From: Glaucostegus cemiculus
Lineage: Eukaryota
Length of the DNA stretch: 64,000 nucleotides
NCBI GenBank assembly: GCA_976551045.1
Contig: CDPCPM010000076.1
Span: 19,406,001-19,470,000 of the forward strand
Reading direction: 5' to 3'
In this document: positions 63,819-64,000 of the stretch, piece by piece
How the letters are laid out: the number at the start of each line of letters is the position of its first letter
Position numbering within the stretch: the stretch's first letter is position 1
Position numbers and translations under genes: made by a program
The notes under the pieces: generated by a model
The model's input: only the letters and a program-made list of their open reading frames with translations
What the model was told of the DNA's origin: nothing
The model's database searches: none

Positions 63819-63986
63819 TTAGGCAGTCCCTTGGGATCGAGGATGACTTGCCTCCACTCTAGTTTTGTGGGTTCTGAGGAGAATGATGAGACCAATGTGG
63901 GAACTGCGGACTCCCCAACAGATGGGGCAGGAGGTGACTGACGGGGTGGGTGAGCGGGTGGTTTGTGAGGCAGTTCACTCCTTCCA
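63819..63986 (-). mobile_element. RTE-clade LINE 3' end
   Basis: Minus strand encodes SCPICWGVRSSHIGLIILLRTHKTRVEASHPRSQGTA*, a decayed RTE C-terminal CxxC...IGLxSHxRTH motif. Confidence 0.8.
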
Positions 63987-64000
63987 AATTCTTTGCAGGG

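Overview
Repeat-dense, CpG-depleted, AT-rich eukaryotic non-coding DNA. The repeat families (HE1-like V-SINEs, a Deu-domain SINE, CR1/HER1-like, Rex1/Babar-like, L2, L1, RTE and Penelope-like fragments) point to a cartilaginous fish, probably a ray or sawfish; that assignment is inferred from recalled repeat consensus sequences. I find no host protein-coding gene, tRNA/rRNA gene, CRISPR array or prokaryotic system, and every recognisable ORF belongs to a decayed transposon. The window is probably intergenic or part of a long intron. I cannot support a new multi-gene system. The best leads are: (1) two short inverted copies of local sequence pasted at breakpoints in CR1 elements, one from about 29 kb away at 152/156 identity; (2) one V-SINE head carrying two alternative LINE-derived tails, with both candidate partner LINEs present; (3) decayed hammerhead-ribozyme cores in inverted and tandem Penelope-like termini; (4) a Harbinger transposase fossil hidden in a GA-rich tract; (5) hairpin arrays, old local duplications and two candidate non-coding exons. 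Boundaries of old repeats are approximate (tens of bp), and family names need Dfam/Repbase confirmation.
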